Under the pieces are notes generated by a model. It had not been told where the DNA came from. It did no database searches and was given only the letters and a program-made list of their open reading frames with translations. Both the position numbers and the translations under genes were made by a program. This document shows, in pieces, positions 9,724 to 18,789 of a stretch of 58,575 nt of DNA. Source of the stretch: Bdellovibrionales bacterium (GTDB taxonomy: Bacteria; Bdellovibrionota; Bdellovibrionia; Bdellovibrionales; UBA840); NCBI GenBank assembly GCA_037969075.1, contig JBBKWS010000123.1, positions 1-58,575 of the forward strand, read 5' to 3'. The first letter of the stretch is position 1. Each line of letters opens with the position of its first letter.

Positions 9724-11019
9724 ATGTGGAAGGCCAAAGGACTGGTCGATTCAAAGGCTAGTGAGCCGCAACATGGAAAGGTTGTTTCCACAAAACCTAA
9801 GATTTTTGCCGGTTTAGATATCGGTTCTAGTAAAGTCTGTTTGGTTGTTGGACAGATCAATGAAGATAATGTGATGGACGTTATTGGTGTTGGCTCTGCG
9901 CCCTGCCAAGGCATGAAAAACGGTGTAGTCGTAGATATTGAAGCAACTACTGTAGCAATTCAAAAAGCTAAGGTTGAAGCCGAGTTAATGTCTGGGCATC
10001 AAATCGATAAAGTTTTTCTCTCTATTGGTGGATCACACATTAAATCTTTCGATTCTAAAGGCATGGTTGCCATCACTAATGATGAAATTAAAGAACAAGA
10101 TGTAAAGCGAGTAATAGAAGCTGCTAAAGCAGTTGCTGTGCCATCGGATAGAGAAGTTCTGCATATCTTACCTAAAAAATTTAAAGTGGATGAACAAGAC
10201 GGAATCAGTGCCCCAGTCGGAATGTCAGGAATTCGTTTAGAAGTTTCTGTACGTATCATTACTGGCGGTTACACTGCCATACAGAATGCTTTGAAGTGTG
10301 CTGAAAAAGCAGGTCTAAAAGTTGATGGTTTAGTTCTAGAACAGTTAGCATCTTCGCTTGCGATACTAAATAGTGATGAAAAGAATCTGGGTGCCGCAGT
10401 TATAGATATGGGGAGTGGCACCTCGGATTTAATTATTTATTGCAATGGAGCGGTTTCGTACACGGCTAGTCTTTCAATCGGTGGAAGACATGTTACCAAT
10501 GATATTGCGGTAGGTCTGCGTACTCCGCAAACGGCTGCAGAAGAGATTAAAAAGAAATTTGGTTGCGCTCTTGCGAGCTTGATCAATGAAGAAGAGACAA
10601 TGGAAGTGCCAAGTGTTGGCGGCACAAAAACTAGATCAGTGCTTCGCAGACATTTGTGCGAAATCATTGAACCTAGAATAGAGGAAACTCTTAATTTTAT
10701 TAATAATGAAATACAGGCGAGCGGTTTGAGTGAAATGTTAGGTGCTGGGGTAATTATGACCGGCGGAGCATCACAACTCGACGGCATAGTTGAAATGGGA
10801 GAGTTTGTTTTTGATTTACCCGTAAGGCGTGGTCAGATACAGGATGTAGAGGGCTTACAGGATACTGTGAGATCTCCAGCATTCTCAACAGCGGTTGGTC
10901 TGGTGAAATATGCTCACCAGGTTGGAGCTAAATCATCTGTACGAGTTAAAAAAGAAGATAAATTAAATATGAATCAGTTTTTTTCTAAGATTCGCACTTT
11001 TTTTGGGGAAGCGAATTAA
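9724..11019 (+). CDS. ftsA: Cell division protein FtsA
   Basis: Actin/HSP70-fold motifs (GLDIGSSKV, VIDMGSGTSD, GVIMTGGASQLDG) and a C-terminal amphipathic helix (FFSKIRTFFGE). Strong RBS GGGAGGGG. Confidence 0.93.
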   Translation: MWKAKGLVDSKASEPQHGKVVSTKPKIFAGLDIGSSKVCLVVGQINEDNVMDVIGVGSAPCQGMKNGVVVDIEATTVAIQKAKVEAELMSGHQIDKVFLSIGGSHIKSFDSKGMVAITNDEIKEQDVKRVIEAAKAVAVPSDREVLHILPKKFKVDEQDGISAPVGMSGIRLEVSVRIITGGYTAIQNALKCAEKAGLKVDGLVLEQLASSLAILNSDEKNLGAAVIDMGSGTSDLIIYCNGAVSYTASLSIGGRHVTNDIAVGLRTPQTAAEEIKKKFGCALASLINEEETMEVPSVGGTKTRSVLRRHLCEIIEPRIEETLNFINNEIQASGLSEMLGAGVIMTGGASQLDGIVEMGEFVFDLPVRRGQIQDVEGLQDTVRSPAFSTAVGLVKYAHQVGAKSSVRVKKEDKLNMNQFFSKIRTFFGEAN

Positions 11020-11034
11020 TAAACAGGAGGTTTT

Positions 11035-12429
11035 ATGTTCGAATTAGAAGACAATACTAGCGTTGGTGCAAATATTAAAGTTATTGGTGTCGGCGGCGGT
11101 GGCGGTAACGCAGTGGCAACAATGATAGAAGGTGGACTTGGTGGTGTGGAGTTCTTAGTTGCGAACACAGACTCACAAGCCCTCGATGCACATAAGGCTC
11201 CTCAAAAAATTCGTTTAGGTACTGAGCTTACTCGTGGATTAGGTGCAGGAGCAAATCCAGAGATTGGTAAGCGTGCAGCTATTGAATCTTACAACGATAT
11301 TATCGAAAAGTTAGATGGATCTGACATGGTCTTTATCACGGCAGGAATGGGCGGTGGTACAGGTACTGGTGGAGCTCCAGTAATTGCAAAGATTGGTAAG
11401 GAGCTTGGTGCTTTGACCATCGGCGTAGTTACGAAGCCATTCGCTTTCGAAGGCAAAAAACGTCTAAAGCAAGCTTTGGCGGGGATTCAAGAATTAAAAG
11501 AAAATGTAGATACTCTGATTGTAATTCCAAATCAAAAATTATTGGCTATAGCAAATGAGAAGACTTCACTGTTGGATACTTTCAAAAAAGCAGATGAAGT
11601 ATTACTACAAGCAGTAAAAGGAATTTCAGACTTAATTAATATCCGTGGCTTGATAAACTTGGATTTTGCCGACATTAGAACTGTAATGGCAGCAAAGGGT
11701 ATGTCAATTATGGGTACAGGAGCGGCAGTAGGTGAGAACCGAGCACTTGAAGCAGCACAAATGGCAATATCTTCTCCGTTACTAGAAAATGTTTCTATTG
11801 ATGGTGCGACAGGTATCATTATTAACGTAACTGGTGGCGCTGATTTAAGCTTATATGAGGTGAATGAAGCATCCATGTTAATCACCAATGCGGCTCACGA
11901 AGATGCTGAAATTATTTTTGGTGCAGTGATTGATGAAGACATAAAAGATGAAATTCGTGTAACAGTTATTGCAACAGGTTTCACTCTTGAGGGCGAGAAA
12001 AAAATTATGCCTCAAACGTATGCTCAAATGCCGCAAATGAATCAGCAGCAGCCGGCGCAATACTCTACCCAACCTATGCAACCACAAGAGTATCAACAAC
12101 AACAGATGATGCCACAGCCTCCTATGACCCCTACCGCTAAGACAGAGAGTCAGCAACAACCACAGCAGCAGCAAGTTTTAAAAGATGGTCAACCAGCTCC
12201 TTTGCCACGTGATGTGCTTTTAGCTAAGGTTAAGGCTTATCGTGATAGCCAAGGCGCAACTTCTATGCCGTCACCTGAACAGTTAAGAATGGATTTTCAA
12301 CAAGAAGACCCAGTTGAAGCGGCTAGAAAATTAGCACAAGAAGTGGTTAAGTCACCATTTGATTCTCAGTCTTTGGATGTACCTGCTTATATTCGTAGGC
12401 AACAACGTCAAGAAGACGATAATTTTTAA
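11035..12429 (+). CDS. ftsZ: Cell division GTPase FtsZ with long Gln/Pro-rich linker
   Basis: Contains [10 protein letters not shown], the tubulin signature [18 protein letters not shown], and the C-terminal conserved peptide [19 protein letters not shown]. Confidence 0.97.
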   Translation: MFELEDNTSVGANIKVIGVGGGGGNAVATMIEGGLGGVEFLVANTDSQALDAHKAPQKIRLGTELTRGLGAGANPEIGKRAAIESYNDIIEKLDGSDMVFITAGMGGGTGTGGAPVIAKIGKELGALTIGVVTKPFAFEGKKRLKQALAGIQELKENVDTLIVIPNQKLLAIANEKTSLLDTFKKADEVLLQAVKGISDLINIRGLINLDFADIRTVMAAKGMSIMGTGAAVGENRALEAAQMAISSPLLENVSIDGATGIIINVTGGADLSLYEVNEASMLITNAAHEDAEIIFGAVIDEDIKDEIRVTVIATGFTLEGEKKIMPQTYAQMPQMNQQQPAQYSTQPMQPQEYQQQQMMPQPPMTPTAKTESQQQPQQQQVLKDGQPAPLPRDVLLAKVKAYRDSQGATSMPSPEQLRMDFQQEDPVEAARKLAQEVVKSPFDSQSLDVPAYIRRQQRQEDDNF

Positions 12430-12459
12430 TTAGCGCTGACAAAAATTACAAAACTTTAG

Positions 12460-12492
12460 AACTCCTACCTAAAATGGTGGGAGTTTTATTTT
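12460..12492 (+). terminator. Rho-independent terminator after ftsZ
   Basis: Stem ACTCCTACC / GGTGGGAGT (9 bp with one G-U), loop TAAAAT, followed by TTTATTTT. Confidence 0.7.
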
Positions 12493-12532
12493 GGTCTAGC
12501 CTTTCTTTTTATAATATTCTACCTTAACGACA

Positions 12533-13258
12533 ATGCATTACTTTGTTTCAGACTTACATTTAAGAGATCGTGAGCAAGAGAAGTATCAGTTATTTCTTCG
12601 CTTTTTAAGGCGCATTCAATCTAAAGACACTAAATCATTATTTTTACTAGGCGATATTTTTGATCTATGGGTTGCCGACCACAAATGTTTCATAGAAACA
12701 TACCAAGAGATAGTGGATGAAATTAAAAACTTAGTAGTTAGTGGAGTTGAGGTTTATTATTTTGAAGGAAATCATGATCTTTATCTAAAGAGATTTTGGC
12801 AAGAGACATTGGGATGTAAGGTATATATAAATGAACTATATATAGATCTTGATGGACTAACATTTAGATTAGAGCATGGTGATTTAGCAAATCCAGATGA
12901 TAAAGCATATTTGCGGTACCGTGCAGCTCTACGATCTAAGTTTTTAACTTGGCTTGCTTATAAGGTACCTGGGAAGTTAGTTCAAGATTTAGGATTAAAA
13001 GCTAGCACAGAAAGTAGAAAGACCTCTTCTGATAATAGAAATAACATAGAGAGTATTCTTGATACCTATGTCTTGAAGAAATACCAGGAAAAGTCATTTG
13101 ATATTTTTATCAGCGGTCATTTTCATGTAAGATTTGATAAAGAAATTGTAAGCAGTGACAAGCCTATACGTAATATCAATTTAGGTTGGTGGAATGAGGA
13201 ACGGATGGTTTTAGTTGTAAATAAGGGTGAAATTAGTTGGCAGGCTGCTGATAAATAA
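12533..13258 (+). CDS. lpxH: UDP-2,3-diacylglucosamine diphosphatase
   Basis: Calcineurin-like metallophosphoesterase motifs appear in LpxH order: VSDLHL, LGDIFDLW, GNHD, HGD and GHFH. Length is 241 aa. Confidence 0.8.
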   Translation: MHYFVSDLHLRDREQEKYQLFLRFLRRIQSKDTKSLFLLGDIFDLWVADHKCFIETYQEIVDEIKNLVVSGVEVYYFEGNHDLYLKRFWQETLGCKVYINELYIDLDGLTFRLEHGDLANPDDKAYLRYRAALRSKFLTWLAYKVPGKLVQDLGLKASTESRKTSSDNRNNIESILDTYVLKKYQEKSFDIFISGHFHVRFDKEIVSSDKPIRNINLGWWNEERMVLVVNKGEISWQAADK

Positions 13259-14372
13259 AAATGGTATCTGTTTCTGTAGTGCTAAAACCTTTACTAATCA
13301 AATATTGATCCGTTATACACAAAGCCACTCCAAATGAACGTACAGTGGGTACTTTTAGTTCTTGCTCGAAATACCAACTGTCTTTATCAAAGCTGTAGAG
13401 ATTTACAAAACCAGTATCGCTTGTTGAAAATTGCTGCGTAGCTGCGACAGCAAGGGTTGGGTATCTAAGTTTTACCTGATAACCAAAGAAGTCTTCGTTT
13501 TTTTGAGTGATTGCAGTAATTTTTTGTTTATATTGCCAGTCTATATTTTTTTCATACAGAAAAACACTTCCGCGAGACAGTGTGGTTGGAGTTCCTGTAA
13601 CTGCGACTGCTGCTATGGCCAGGTGATTTTGATCTACAGAAAAACTAAAACCAAACTGCTGTTCTGGGATATTTTCAGGAGGAGATATTTTTTGACTAAG
13701 TAACCAGTCAGCGCCTTGTTTTGAAAATACGTAAACAGCACCCTTATCGTTATCGCCCCTGGCGCTGATATATATATCAATACCATCAGTGACGACTTTA
13801 TGACCAAAGAGTTCGGTGTTACCTGGGTCTGTTGATATAATTTGTGATTGCAAACTCCATATATCACCAGTTTTACGGTATATAAAAGCAGCTCCTTCAC
13901 GACCATTGGGATTAATTCCATGATATCTATCGCCAACAACAAGTAGAGAGTCTTGCAAAGAAATACTCTCACCAAATCCAGACACCGAAGTTGAGCTGTT
14001 GTCTCTAGTAATTATTTGCATAGCAATTAAAAGATTGTTGTCAATTTTGAATGTATTTACTGTGTTAGATCTTGTGCTTACTGCTATCCAATTATCATGC
14101 ATTGAAATGTCATAACAAGTTCCTGTTATAGTTTTACTATCAATGGCAGCACCTAAATTTAGATCAAATAGAGTAATAGTCGAATTAATACATCCAACTA
14201 GTAGGTTGCCATCGGCAGAGATCGCTTGCTGTTCATTGATTCGAAGAGCGGGTTGGTATAGACTAAAAGTGCTAATCCTTGGGTTCGTACCTGTGTTTGG
14301 ATTAATCAAATCTACATCACTGCAGTTTTGAAATGCCAATAGTAAAAAAAATAAGATTGATGCGTATTTCAT
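13233..14372 (-). CDS. Lipoprotein/secreted beta-propeller with FG-GAP-like repeats
   Basis: The leader MKYASILFFLLLAFQNC has a relaxed lipobox. At least 5 repeats of about 50-55 aa share the form FG-x-x-(V/I)-...-(A/V)-(V/A)-G-...-G-(A/S)-V-(Y/F)-(V/L)-(F/Y), e.g. FGESISL, FGHKVVT, FGFSFSV, FGYQVKL, FGVALCI. Confidence 0.6.
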   Translation of the reverse strand: MKYASILFFLLLAFQNCSDVDLINPNTGTNPRISTFSLYQPALRINEQQAISADGNLLVGCINSTITLFDLNLGAAIDSKTITGTCYDISMHDNWIAVSTRSNTVNTFKIDNNLLIAMQIITRDNSSTSVSGFGESISLQDSLLVVGDRYHGINPNGREGAAFIYRKTGDIWSLQSQIISTDPGNTELFGHKVVTDGIDIYISARGDNDKGAVYVFSKQGADWLLSQKISPPENIPEQQFGFSFSVDQNHLAIAAVAVTGTPTTLSRGSVFLYEKNIDWQYKQKITAITQKNEDFFGYQVKLRYPTLAVAATQQFSTSDTGFVNLYSFDKDSWYFEQELKVPTVRSFGVALCITDQYLISKGFSTTETDTIFIYQQPAN

Positions 14373-14375
14373 ATG

Positions 14376-15215
14376 TTATTGTCCAGCAATCGCTTCAAAA
14401 TCACCTTTAAAGATAGAATCTTGATTTGGAAGAACATCACAAAATGCTGTGTTCTCTACTGTATCCACAATAAACATAGAATCTGCTCCGCGATATGCAA
14501 TGTAGTTAGCTGTCGCGTAGTATGAATCTAGTTTTAATTTTACATTTGTATTTGGAGGAGGTGTTGTTGCTAAGTTACACGCTAGTCCTAAATCTGATTT
14601 CAAAGCAAGTGTCTTATCACTTATTTTATATTCAGCGATATTTCCAGAGGGAAGAGCTCCTAAGAAGTAGGGAAGGCCGTCTAAAATAATTATATATATG
14701 TTTCCATTGGTTTTAGATGCAGCCTTAGCCACAGCCTCAGAGGCTTCATGTGTAGTTGAAATCATTTCAGCTCTAAATTTATCATTATAAACATCTGACT
14801 GAATTTTCTTATCAACTGCCGCTTGTATATCCGCTAACTTTAAATTTAAATATTCTCTTTCATCATCTAATAAGCCTGGGCCAGCCTCTCCTCGTTTCAA
14901 TTTGGCTTGATACCTTAATATTTCAATTTCTTGTGCGAGTGTGACCTCAGTTTTGATACCTTTAATATATACATAGCGTTTACCTGTTAGCCATTTAGAC
15001 TCTAAGTTACTTAGGTTGATCCACTCCTTTTCAGCTTTAGTTTTAGCTAAAGATGCATTAATCAGAGGTATATCATGATGGAATGATGTGATTTCTCTTA
15101 GGTTTACTACTGTATTCGTTCCTTCAATTTTACCAAGCTCTCCGGTAATTTGAAGGGTTTTAACAGCGGGCTTAGCAGCAAACGCTTGTGATAAAATGAT
15201 TAATAAAAGTATCAT
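14376..15215 (-). CDS. Secreted hypothetical protein (279 aa)
   Basis: Leader MILLLIILSQAFA/AKP and RBS GGGGG 4 nt upstream. Its stop lies 3 nt before the start of the propeller gene (same operon). No family recognised. Confidence 0.6.
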   Translation of the reverse strand: MILLLIILSQAFAAKPAVKTLQITGELGKIEGTNTVVNLREITSFHHDIPLINASLAKTKAEKEWINLSNLESKWLTGKRYVYIKGIKTEVTLAQEIEILRYQAKLKRGEAGPGLLDDEREYLNLKLADIQAAVDKKIQSDVYNDKFRAEMISTTHEASEAVAKAASKTNGNIYIIILDGLPYFLGALPSGNIAEYKISDKTLALKSDLGLACNLATTPPPNTNVKLKLDSYYATANYIAYRGADSMFIVDTVENTAFCDVLPNQDSIFKGDFEAIAGQ

Positions 15216-15341
15216 GGAACCCCCACATAACTAATAAGCAAAGCGTGTGCCTGCAAGCTGTAATATATTGGGGATGGGGATTACTTTCTCAAAATGATAC
15301 GCTGGTTGTAGATAAGTTTCACGTCTCAATTTGAGATAAAT

Positions 15342-15956
15342 TTACAGCCACTCGTAATTAAAGCTCACGCTAACGCGTGTATCTTTACTTTTGTTAGGAG
15401 GTACTTCGTGACGCATCCAAGATTCAAATAAAACGATATCGCCAGCTTTAGGTTGCAAGTGTAAGTACGGCTGCTGACTAGTTGGTGCTGTGGTTTTACG
15501 AGGAGGGCAATTCATGTATTTTGTGATATTAGGGTCCTCTAGTTTTAAGGAGCTAGATCCTTTGGGGATCTTTACATAGTAAGTCCCAGAAATTACAGCT
15601 AGTGGGTGAATATGTAGGCTATGATAGGTGTTGGCTGGCACTACATTTATCCAGCAAGTAGTCATTAAAACTTTACGCCCTTGTAAGTCCCAATTTAAAC
15701 TAGAAATATATTTTTTTACATGAGGTCTAAGTATTTTTTCTAAATCAATAAAATCAGGAAACCTTTGGTGCAAATCAGTAATAGAGTTGTAAGAAGTGTA
15801 GCCACCGATATAATTTTTATTTGACCAATTAATTCCCTCAAGATCGGTTCTAGTTAGCACGTTAATATCATGCAATAGCCCCGCATTTAGAGTTTTCGAT
15901 TTTTTACCAACATTTGCCGTGTATATTTGTATAGGAAAAACTGACTTTGTAGCCAT
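15342..15956 (-). CDS. 2OG-Fe(II) oxygenase superfamily protein (TIGR02466 / 2OG-FeII_Oxy_5-like)
   Basis: Shows HIHPLAVISGTYYV, GDIVLFESWMRHEV and RVSVSFN, which is the characteristic pattern of this family. Its ATG overlaps the recN stop (TAATG). Confidence 0.7.
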   Translation of the reverse strand: MATKSVFPIQIYTANVGKKSKTLNAGLLHDINVLTRTDLEGINWSNKNYIGGYTSYNSITDLHQRFPDFIDLEKILRPHVKKYISSLNWDLQGRKVLMTTCWINVVPANTYHSLHIHPLAVISGTYYVKIPKGSSSLKLEDPNITKYMNCPPRKTTAPTSQQPYLHLQPKAGDIVLFESWMRHEVPPNKSKDTRVSVSFNYEWL

Positions 15957-17656
15957 TATTGGTTAGCCTCGTTAAGTAGTCCTTTTGCGTGGGCAAGACT
16001 AGTTTTTGTGATTTTTTCCCCCGAAATCAATCGGGCTATTTCATTCACGCGCTCTTTGTTACTTAGTTCATTTACGTTCATCTTTACAGTTTTTGCTGAT
16101 GGGTCTTTTTCAATAAAGTAGTGAGCGTCAGCGTGACATGCCACTTGTGGTAAATGGGTAATGCAAATGACCTGTTGGCCAACAGAAATTTGTCGTAATT
16201 TTCTACCGACTTTTTCTGCTGTCTCTCCACTGACTCCGGTATCAACTTCATCGAATAGATAGGTTCTTGATAAGTCCGATGAGCCAATAACATTTTTCAA
16301 AGATAATAAAATTCTACTTAGCTCGCCACCACTTGCTGTTTTTGCTAGTGACCTTGGCTCGGTATTTTTACCTACACGACACAAGAACTCGATATCATCT
16401 AGGCCGTTAATATTTAGCTCTTCTAGACGTTCAACGCTAACTTCAAAAGTTAAACCTTTCATGTTTAAATCTTTTAATTCGTCGTTTACACCATCTTGCA
16501 TTAGTTTAGCGGCATTCATCCTGGTTCGATGTAATTTAAGAGCGTGCGCCTGCATTTGCTTTTGTATTTTAATTTTATGAGACTCAAGGTCTTTTAAAAT
16601 ATCATCATGATTTTCTATATGATGAATTTCGCTCTCAATTCTTTGTAGGTGAGCCAGTATATCGGTAATAGTTGGACCATATTTTTTTTGCAGTTTTCGA
16701 AGATCGCTTAAGCGCTCCTCAATTTTTGCGGTATCTAAATCTTCAGAATCAATATCTTTTTTATAGTTTTGCAATTGGTATGAAAACTCATCACTAAGAG
16801 CCAAGGCTTGCTTTAATAAGTCCATTTTTTCAAATAGATTTTGATCATACTTTTTTAGTTCTGCTCCAACATGTAATGATTTTTTTAATCTTGTGATTAC
16901 CGAATCCTCATCATCAACCAATATATCAGATAGAGTACTGATAACTTCATTTATTTTTACAGCATGCTTTATTCTATTATATGAGGTTTCTAATTCTTGT
17001 TCCTCGTTGTCATCTTTTAGGGATAAATTTTTAATTTCATCTCTTTGGTACAATAAAAAATCTAGCTGCATCTTTTTGGCTTCGACATCAGCCTTGATAG
17101 TTTCGATTTTTTGCTGAGTTTCTTTGTGTTGTGAGTATAGTTGTTGATACTCATTTCTAGTAGGAATACACATAGAATAGCGGTCTAAAAGTTGTAAATG
17201 ATAGGATTTTGAAAGTAAGCTTTTACTTTCATGTTGTGATGTCATTTCGATAAGCGGAGCAGAATCACTTGTGATTTCTACAAGCGGGCTAATCAACTCA
17301 ACTAAATCATTTAATGTTGAAAGACTAGAATTTATAAATACTTTACCCTTGCCTGATGATTGAAAAATTCTTTTAACAATTAAAGTTTTCTCATCTGATT
17401 CAATGCCAAGTGAAGATAATTTTTCTTGGATGTCAGCCCTTTTACTTATATCAAACTGACCTTCAATAGTTGCTTGCTCTGCACCTGATCTAATCATGTC
17501 TTGGGTAGATTTACCACCCATAAGTAGAGACAGGCTTTTTAGTAAAATAGATTTACCCGCCCCAGTTTCGCCACTAATGACATTAAAGCCATCTTTGAAA
17601 GAGATTTGTACAGAATCAATGATAGCAAAGTTTTTAACCTGTAAATCCTGAAGCAT
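15956..17656 (-). CDS. recN: DNA repair protein RecN
   Basis: SMC-like: Walker A GETGAGKS, a long central coiled coil, signature SGGELSR and Walker B LFDEVDTG. Length is 566 aa. Confidence 0.93.
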   Translation of the reverse strand: MLQDLQVKNFAIIDSVQISFKDGFNVISGETGAGKSILLKSLSLLMGGKSTQDMIRSGAEQATIEGQFDISKRADIQEKLSSLGIESDEKTLIVKRIFQSSGKGKVFINSSLSTLNDLVELISPLVEITSDSAPLIEMTSQHESKSLLSKSYHLQLLDRYSMCIPTRNEYQQLYSQHKETQQKIETIKADVEAKKMQLDFLLYQRDEIKNLSLKDDNEEQELETSYNRIKHAVKINEVISTLSDILVDDEDSVITRLKKSLHVGAELKKYDQNLFEKMDLLKQALALSDEFSYQLQNYKKDIDSEDLDTAKIEERLSDLRKLQKKYGPTITDILAHLQRIESEIHHIENHDDILKDLESHKIKIQKQMQAHALKLHRTRMNAAKLMQDGVNDELKDLNMKGLTFEVSVERLEELNINGLDDIEFLCRVGKNTEPRSLAKTASGGELSRILLSLKNVIGSSDLSRTYLFDEVDTGVSGETAEKVGRKLRQISVGQQVICITHLPQVACHADAHYFIEKDPSAKTVKMNVNELSNKERVNEIARLISGEKITKTSLAHAKGLLNEANQ

Positions 17657-18534
17657 TATATCCTCTTTCCAAATTGAAGCTTTTTGCGTAAAAGTTCATA
17701 ATAACTGTAATTAGCTGAAGACACTAAAGTATGCCTTACCTTGGCCACTTCTATAACCACCTCGTCGTTAGGTGATAGAGTTTCCATTTTTTGTCCATCC
17801 ACCATGAAGTTTGCCTTTTGCGTGGGGGCTTGGATCTTTACACAAATTTTATGATTTTCAGGAACAACCAAAGGCCTTTGCGTTAGACTGTGAGGACAAA
17901 TGGGGGTGATTATGAGAGCTCTCGTGTCTGGATGCATAATGGGTCCACCAGCAGCTAGATTGTAGGCGGTGGAGCCGGTAGGACTTGATATAATCATTCC
18001 ATCGGCTTTTGATTCAGTAACGTAATCATTATTTGTGTATAATAAAAAACTAATTAGTCGACTATAGGGACCACGCTCAAACACGATGTCATTTAGAGCT
18101 AAATAGGAAGTGGGTTTGCGATTTTTTCTCTTAACAATTATTTTAAGTAAACTACGAGATTGATATTGTAGTTGCCCCAATAGAGCTAGCTCTAAAACGG
18201 TGTACATGCTCTCTGCGGGAGTTTCTGTGAGAAATCCCAGTGAACCCCAGTTGATGCCTAAGATGGGTATATTTTTTTCTTGCACTAGGCTTACAGCGTA
18301 CAAATAAGTTCCATCTCCACCTAAAACAATTAACAAATCTAAATTTGATAAGTTGGTCGATGTTAGAGCTTTAGTTTTTGGATTACTAACTTTGGTGTCA
18401 GAAATAAATACGCGCACTGATTTTTCTTGCAACCAGGTAATCAATTTTTTAGTTTCTTTTTGTGCACCAACGCTACGGCGGCGATAAATGATGCCTATAT
18501 TTTTTAAAACAGGTGAAAATTTCTTTTGTTTCAT
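17656..18534 (-). CDS. nadK: NAD kinase
   Basis: Has GGDGT (LGGDGTYLYA), NDIV, and the GMIISSPTGSTAYNLAAGGP block. The nadK-recN adjacency is widely conserved. Its stop overlaps the recN start (TAATG). Confidence 0.9.
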   Translation of the reverse strand: MKQKKFSPVLKNIGIIYRRRSVGAQKETKKLITWLQEKSVRVFISDTKVSNPKTKALTSTNLSNLDLLIVLGGDGTYLYAVSLVQEKNIPILGINWGSLGFLTETPAESMYTVLELALLGQLQYQSRSLLKIIVKRKNRKPTSYLALNDIVFERGPYSRLISFLLYTNNDYVTESKADGMIISSPTGSTAYNLAAGGPIMHPDTRALIITPICPHSLTQRPLVVPENHKICVKIQAPTQKANFMVDGQKMETLSPNDEVVIEVAKVRHTLVSSANYSYYELLRKKLQFGKRI

Positions 18535-18750
18535 AAACTAAGAATTAACACCATTTTTTATACATGTCACAAAAGTTTGAGAGAATTAAGGCAGATTTTG
18601 ACGCTTTATAACCAGCTGGTGGCAATTGGCGCCTGCAATAGTTTATAAGCCAAAAACTGCAGTAGGCATGCAAAGAATACTGCAATAATAAGTAAAAATA
18701 GGCTGTCTTTTATTTTATCCATAGTAGCTTTTTCAGTTAAGTGAACGACT

Positions 18751-18778
18751 GTCAGGAGCTAGGCTCCTGACGCTTTTT
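18751..18778 (+). terminator. GC-rich stem-loop with a + strand T-tract (orientation puzzling)
   Basis: Perfect 9-bp stem GTCAGGAGC / GCTCCTGAC, loop TAG, then GCTTTTT on the + strand. It sits 12 nt beyond the stop of the minus-strand gene 18790-19230. On the minus strand it is preceded by A5 and not followed by a U-tract. Confidence 0.45.
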
Positions 18779-18789
18779 AGCATGTAATA

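Noticed and set aside
11878-12174. 98-aa minus-strand ORF rich in Leu/Arg/His (LLLWLLLTL...)
   Set aside because: It is the reverse-complement shadow of the CAG/CAA-rich FtsZ linker. The minus-strand ORFs 11532-11888, 10437-10787 and 9999-10259 are likewise antisense to ftsZ/ftsA.
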